IMG/VR virus record: IMGVR_UViG_2822368973_000001
Location: 1 to 64,000 of that record
Strand: one strand, 5' to 3'
Length of the DNA: 64,000 nucleotides
From: an uncultured virus (IMG/VR IMGVR_UViG_2822368973_000001)
Taxonomy: Duplodnaviria; Heunggongvirae; Uroviricota; Caudoviricetes
Part shown: positions 60,054 to 64,000 of the stretch, in pieces
How positions within the stretch are numbered: the first letter of the stretch is position 1
Layout: each line of letters opens with the position of its first letter
Made by a program: the position numbers and the translations under genes
The notes under the pieces: model-generated
The model's input: the letters and a program-made list of their open reading frames with translations, nothing else
Told to the model about the DNA's origin: nothing
Databases searched by the model: none

Positions 60054-61001
60054 ATGACAAATAAAATTTGTAAGTTACACAGACTAGAGCGAAGAGAAGT
60101 CTTTATGAAGATTATCGATGAAATGAAAAAGGCTGGATGGCAGCAATTAAATGCTGATGCGCCATCAAAAGATAAAATTTACGTCATGTACTCAAGCGGT
60201 AACGACGGTATGAAGAACCATTCTTTAGAATTGCGCCCATTCGATTACGTCACTGCAACTAGCAAAGATATTATAGCAGGGATATATAGAGATTATGATA
60301 TAAGAGACCCTGATAAGTATGCTACTGATGCAACCTTTAGATTAATTGAACGATATGATAAAGAGCAGGATGTTACTTTCGGAGGACCTGGTCCTTTCTA
60401 CCCTTTGTGTTTTCATCAAGGGAAAGTAACTAACAGCACTAGTGTTACTACTATTAGTAAACCAATTGCTATGGTGGACCTATATTTATACGTTGATAAA
60501 GACATTGTTATCTATTGTGTTTATGAAAACGATGATAATCTTCCAGAACGAAAAGGGAAGACTGTAATAGGATTATTCGGAATTCCAGATGAACTATATC
60601 AACAAGAACAATTCAAGCCTATATCTTCTCCTTTTAGTGTCTTGGTGAGTGTTTGTCCAAAGTCCCCTGGTGCAGCAATGGTAGCTGCTAGAAGTAAGCT
60701 TATATATGATGGATTAAATAGTATTCCTGTTAATACTTTCATTTGGGATAAGGTATTTTTAAAGGCACCTTCTTTAAAAGGAAATATAATATTCACATCA
60801 TTTTTTATGGGAGATAACGTAGATGGATTAAGGGCAAAATTTGATGGCCTTTACACATATAGAGGTTCAAATTTTGTAACTGGTGATATCGTTGAAATTT
60901 CTCAAGATGAAGAAGTGCAGAAATATAAATTATTTAACACCTACTACTCAAGTGTATGGAGTTCATTTCCGGAGTTCAACATTGCATTAAGGGTAGAATA
61001 A
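60054..61001 (+). CDS. Tail-region protein
   Basis: RBS AAGGAGG; N-terminal GW motif like 52012 and 53379. Confidence 0.7.
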   Translation: MTNKICKLHRLERREVFMKIIDEMKKAGWQQLNADAPSKDKIYVMYSSGNDGMKNHSLELRPFDYVTATSKDIIAGIYRDYDIRDPDKYATDATFRLIERYDKEQDVTFGGPGPFYPLCFHQGKVTNSTSVTTISKPIAMVDLYLYVDKDIVIYCVYENDDNLPERKGKTVIGLFGIPDELYQQEQFKPISSPFSVLVSVCPKSPGAAMVAARSKLIYDGLNSIPVNTFIWDKVFLKAPSLKGNIIFTSFFMGDNVDGLRAKFDGLYTYRGSNFVTGDIVEISQDEEVQKYKLFNTYYSSVWSSFPEFNIALRVE

Positions 61002-61014
61002 GGCTGGTGATTTT

Positions 61015-61263
61015 ATGACAATAAAAGGCATAATAATTCAACCGAAAACATTGTATCCACCCGTACAACGTAAACCACAAATACGTAAAGGTTCAAAATT
61101 AGAAATTAGTGACATGTATATTACAGGGGTTAGGAAAACTTCTATACGGAAAGGAGTTATGTTTAACTTCTCCCGAAACGAAAGCAAAACTACTGAAAAA
61201 GCAGTAATGAAACCACCACGTACTGAACCACTAGAATACGCGTGGACGAAAATGAACATATAA
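61015..61263 (+). CDS. Small basic protein
   Basis: Operon ORF. Confidence 0.6.
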   Translation: MTIKGIIIQPKTLYPPVQRKPQIRKGSKLEISDMYITGVRKTSIRKGVMFNFSRNESKTTEKAVMKPPRTEPLEYAWTKMNI

Positions 61264-61332
61264 CTTTATCGAAATCGAGCGTGCTGCAGCAGGCTTTTTT
61301 ATATTGGTCAAAATTTGAAAGGAGGTGAGAAC

Positions 61333-61830
61333 TTGGAAAGAATTCACGAACTCATCAAGGCATTGAATATAAGCGATGTTATTACAAGTACTCAATTTAA
61401 AGTAGGTGGTGCTATCGGTGGCGGATTAGGAACAATAATTAATTTACTCTATGGCAAAGCTAATTTAATTTGGATTTCAATTTACTGCTGGATTATCATG
61501 CTCGACTGGATTACTGGTAGTAAGGCTTCAAAACTAGATGGAACATACTCATCACAATATGGAATTGAGGGCATCACGAGAACCGTGGTGCTTTTATCAT
61601 TACCAGCCCTTGCACATTTATTTGATATTGCTCTTAAACTACCTGATTTCTTTTTCTTCATGGTAGTCGGTGGATTGAGCTACCACATTTTTAATAGTTT
61701 CGCAGCAAACTGTGCACGAATTGGCTGGGAAAAATGGATTCCTGCATGGTTATTAGAAAGTGTAGCATCCGAAATTCAAGCAAAAATCCAAAGAAGTGAT
61801 GCACGAAAAGAAAAACATAATACCAAATAA
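61333..61830 (+). CDS. Phage holin
   Basis: MLDWITG motif, TM segments, TTG after AGGAGGTG. Confidence 0.85.
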   Translation: MERIHELIKALNISDVITSTQFKVGGAIGGGLGTIINLLYGKANLIWISIYCWIIMLDWITGSKASKLDGTYSSQYGIEGITRTVVLLSLPALAHLFDIALKLPDFFFFMVVGGLSYHIFNSFAANCARIGWEKWIPAWLLESVASEIQAKIQRSDARKEKHNTK

Positions 61831-61908
61831 AAAATACACGCCTTACATAAGGAGAGCATTGTCAAAAGACGGTGCTCTTTTTGTTTGGCAAAAAGGGGAA
61901 AATACACA

Positions 61909-62967
61909 ATGAAAAAACCAATCAAACTATTTAGCTCATTATTTATGACTCTATTACTCTTATTTTCGTTTGCTACGGCTTCATTTGCCGATAGAGTACT
62001 AATCATCCAAGACTTACCGAAACAAGCATATCGCTACGGTGTGGGCGCTTATGAGGGCGTTGTAGCACATAGTACTGCAACACCAGAAGCACCAGCAATT
62101 AATATTAGAAATTACGAAGCTAGAACATGGAGAAATGCATTTGTACATTATGCTGTAGATTGGAACGAAACAATTCAAATTGCTGATACTAAATATGTTG
62201 CTTATGGTGCTGGACCAGCTGCAAATAAAAGATTTGTTCACGTAGAACTTTCTGAAACTAGCAACCCAGATAAATTTAAATCTTCTTACGAACGTTATGT
62301 AAAACTATTAGCTAAGATTTTAAAAGATAGAGGGATTCATCCAAGCAAAGGTTTATGGACACATAAAGATATTACTTACAAATTAGGTGGAACTGACCAT
62401 GAAGATCCGATTAATTATCTTCGCAGTCATGGTGTATCAGAATCACAATTCAGAGCGGACGTACAAAAGGCTTATGAAGGCGCAACAGTTATAGTTAAAC
62501 CAAAACCACAAGAACCATCTCAAAACGTTGTAGGCGCAACAGGAGTAGCTTACATTGATGGATTTAACGTAAATCTAAGAAGTGGACCATCAACAAATCA
62601 TGGTACTATCCGTCAATTAAATAAAGGGGAATCATATCAAGTGTGGGGAAAACAAGGTGATTGGTTAAATCTTGGCGGTAACCAATGGATTTATAACAAC
62701 CCTTCTTACATTCGATATGAAGGGGAACAAACTAATACTTCAAGTTCTGTAGTAGGAAAACGTGTTGTTTCTAAAGTGGACGACCTTCGTTTCTATGACT
62801 CTGCTTCTTGGTCTGATAAAGATGTAGCAGGAACGGTAGATGAAGGGCTTGGATTTACTATTGACGCTAAAGTATCAGTGAATGGTTCACCACAATACAA
62901 AGTACACAACAGTAAAGGCACAACATACTATGTAACTGCAAATGAAGCCTATGTGCATGTAAAGTAG
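61909..62967 (+). CDS. N-acetylmuramoyl-L-alanine amidase endolysin with signal peptide and SH3b domain
   Basis: VAHSTA, AFVH, TDHEDP; NVNLRSGPST; ATASFA cleavage site. Confidence 0.9.
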   Translation: MKKPIKLFSSLFMTLLLLFSFATASFADRVLIIQDLPKQAYRYGVGAYEGVVAHSTATPEAPAINIRNYEARTWRNAFVHYAVDWNETIQIADTKYVAYGAGPAANKRFVHVELSETSNPDKFKSSYERYVKLLAKILKDRGIHPSKGLWTHKDITYKLGGTDHEDPINYLRSHGVSESQFRADVQKAYEGATVIVKPKPQEPSQNVVGATGVAYIDGFNVNLRSGPSTNHGTIRQLNKGESYQVWGKQGDWLNLGGNQWIYNNPSYIRYEGEQTNTSSSVVGKRVVSKVDDLRFYDSASWSDKDVAGTVDEGLGFTIDAKVSVNGSPQYKVHNSKGTTYYVTANEAYVHVK

Positions 62968-63019
62968 GGGAACCGCCAGCATCTTGGAATAAAATCATGC
63001 TAAGCAAAAAAATAAAATA

Positions 63020-63067
63020 AGCTGCCCATATGGACAGCTTATTTACATAATTATCGTTATTGGAAGT
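63020..63067 (-). other. dif-like site plus terminator hairpin
   Basis: Minus strand ACTTCCAATAA-CGATAA-TTATGTAAATA-AGCTGTCCATATGGGCAGCT. Confidence 0.7.
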
Positions 63068-63078
63068 TACTTTTTGTT

Positions 63079-63261
63079 TTATTTTTTCTCACTAATTTTA
63101 AGTCGTTTTGCATTTATGAAAAATGCGCTCCCAATTACGAATATAACAGAAGAGATATACATTGTTATCCCTGAATATTCATTATCAAATATTGTAGTAT
63201 TAAGCAAATTAACAAACACCATCAATATAAGTGATATGTACAATCCATTAATATATTTCAC
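63079..63261 (-). CDS. Small two-TM membrane protein inside a dif-like cassette
   Basis: RBS GGGAGGG, GTG start, two hydrophobic helices. Confidence 0.7.
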   Translation of the reverse strand: MKYINGLYISLILMVFVNLLNTTIFDNEYSGITMYISSVIFVIGSAFFINAKRLKISEKK

Positions 63262-63364
63262 TTATGTCCCTCCCTTACTTTTTTCTTTTCTTCTTTTTCC
63301 CTATTTTACCATTTTAAAAAAGTGATATGTTGTTTGATTTTGGTTGTATATCGTATTCATGTAA

Positions 63365-63393
63365 AGTTAACATAACGTCCTATTATCGGTAGC
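63365..63393 (-). other. dif-like site (7-bp spacer)
   Basis: Minus strand GCTACCGATAA-TAGGACG-TTATGTTAACT. Confidence 0.7.
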
Positions 63394-63808
63394 AAGAAAA
63401 AGGCGAATTCCTCTTGAAAGTAGGGATTCGCCTTTTTCTTTAATAAGTTTTTATAACCCATAATAACATCTCCATTCATTTGAAAAAATTATGCTATTTT
63501 ACCGGTATTTTCTAGCACACTTCCGATACTAACTTACAGAAATCTTAAAATAAACAACTTTCAGATAAAAATATTTACAAAACAATTCGACACCCCTTCT
63601 AAAAACTATATCCTTACTGGGGTTATAATGATTTTTATATAAATAATTTTATTTTTACAATCTAACGATTTACCGATGTTTTTACGTCAATTGATAAAGG
63701 GAAAATTTAATATTCTGAATATTGTTTATAAAATTGTTTTTTACAACTTATTACAATTAAACTTTGTTATGATTGATTTTATATAAACTAAATAAAGGAG
63801 ATTGCGAT

Positions 63809-64000
63809 ATGATAATTCTGAATAATGAAAAAGTTACTAGACTATTAAATGAATGGTATAAAGTTATTTTATCTAAACAAATAACAAAAGCGACAAGAAT
63901 GAAAGAAGAAGTTGATGAAAAGATTAGTGTCTTAATGGTCGAACAAAACCGAGATCTACAAGATCAAAATCTCTTATTGTATTATTCTCTATTGGATTAT
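63809..64000 (+). CDS. rap: Rap-family TPR regulator, N-terminus (truncated by window)
   Basis: RBS AAGGAG; EKVTRLLNEWY...A..MKEEV...DQNLLLYYSLLDY. Confidence 0.85.
   Translation, partial: MIILNNEKVTRLLNEWYKVILSKQITKATRMKEEVDEKISVLMVEQNRDLQDQNLLLYYSLLDY

Larger units (their letters stand above)
10480..64000. mobile_element. Temperate siphovirus-type prophage; right end probably beyond the window
   Basis: Complete module order from integrase to lysis; tandem TGCTCACATT arm-like repeats near 10529-10549; att core not identified. Confidence 0.93.

Noticed and set aside
36327..63325. Numerous antisense or nested ORFs within structural genes (e.g. 44434-44931, 53315-53995, 63074-63325)
   Set aside because: Shadows of well-supported genes, with no RBS or motifs

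Overview
AT-rich Bacillus cereus-group DNA. Positions 1-5300 hold a decayed prophage remnant (ArpU and tyrosine recombinase pseudogenes plus cargo genes). Host-type genes nat, a lipase and spoVS follow. From about 10.5 kb to the window end is a large siphovirus-type prophage: integrase/ImmA, a three-nuclease cargo block, a lysogeny switch, replication, a sporulation-linked accessory region, ArpU/recombinase, packaging, head, tail, holin, endolysin and a Rap-like gene. Main observations: (1) About 16 apparently non-coding minus-strand units lie at 23.9-29.2 kb. Each has a promoter (mostly sporulation-sigma type), a short variable core that often carries an anti-Shine-Dalgarno tract, and a terminator from a few conserved families, suggesting a prophage-encoded array of sporulation sRNAs. 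(2) Cargo genes are bracketed by dif-like Xer sites, forming cassette modules. (3) A 225-nt group I intron splits the tape-measure gene. (4) Endospore-appendage (DUF3992/collagen) genes sit in the prophage. (5) Candidate -1 frameshifts occur at portal-MuF and the tail chaperone. All calls come from reading motifs by eye; no database searches were run.
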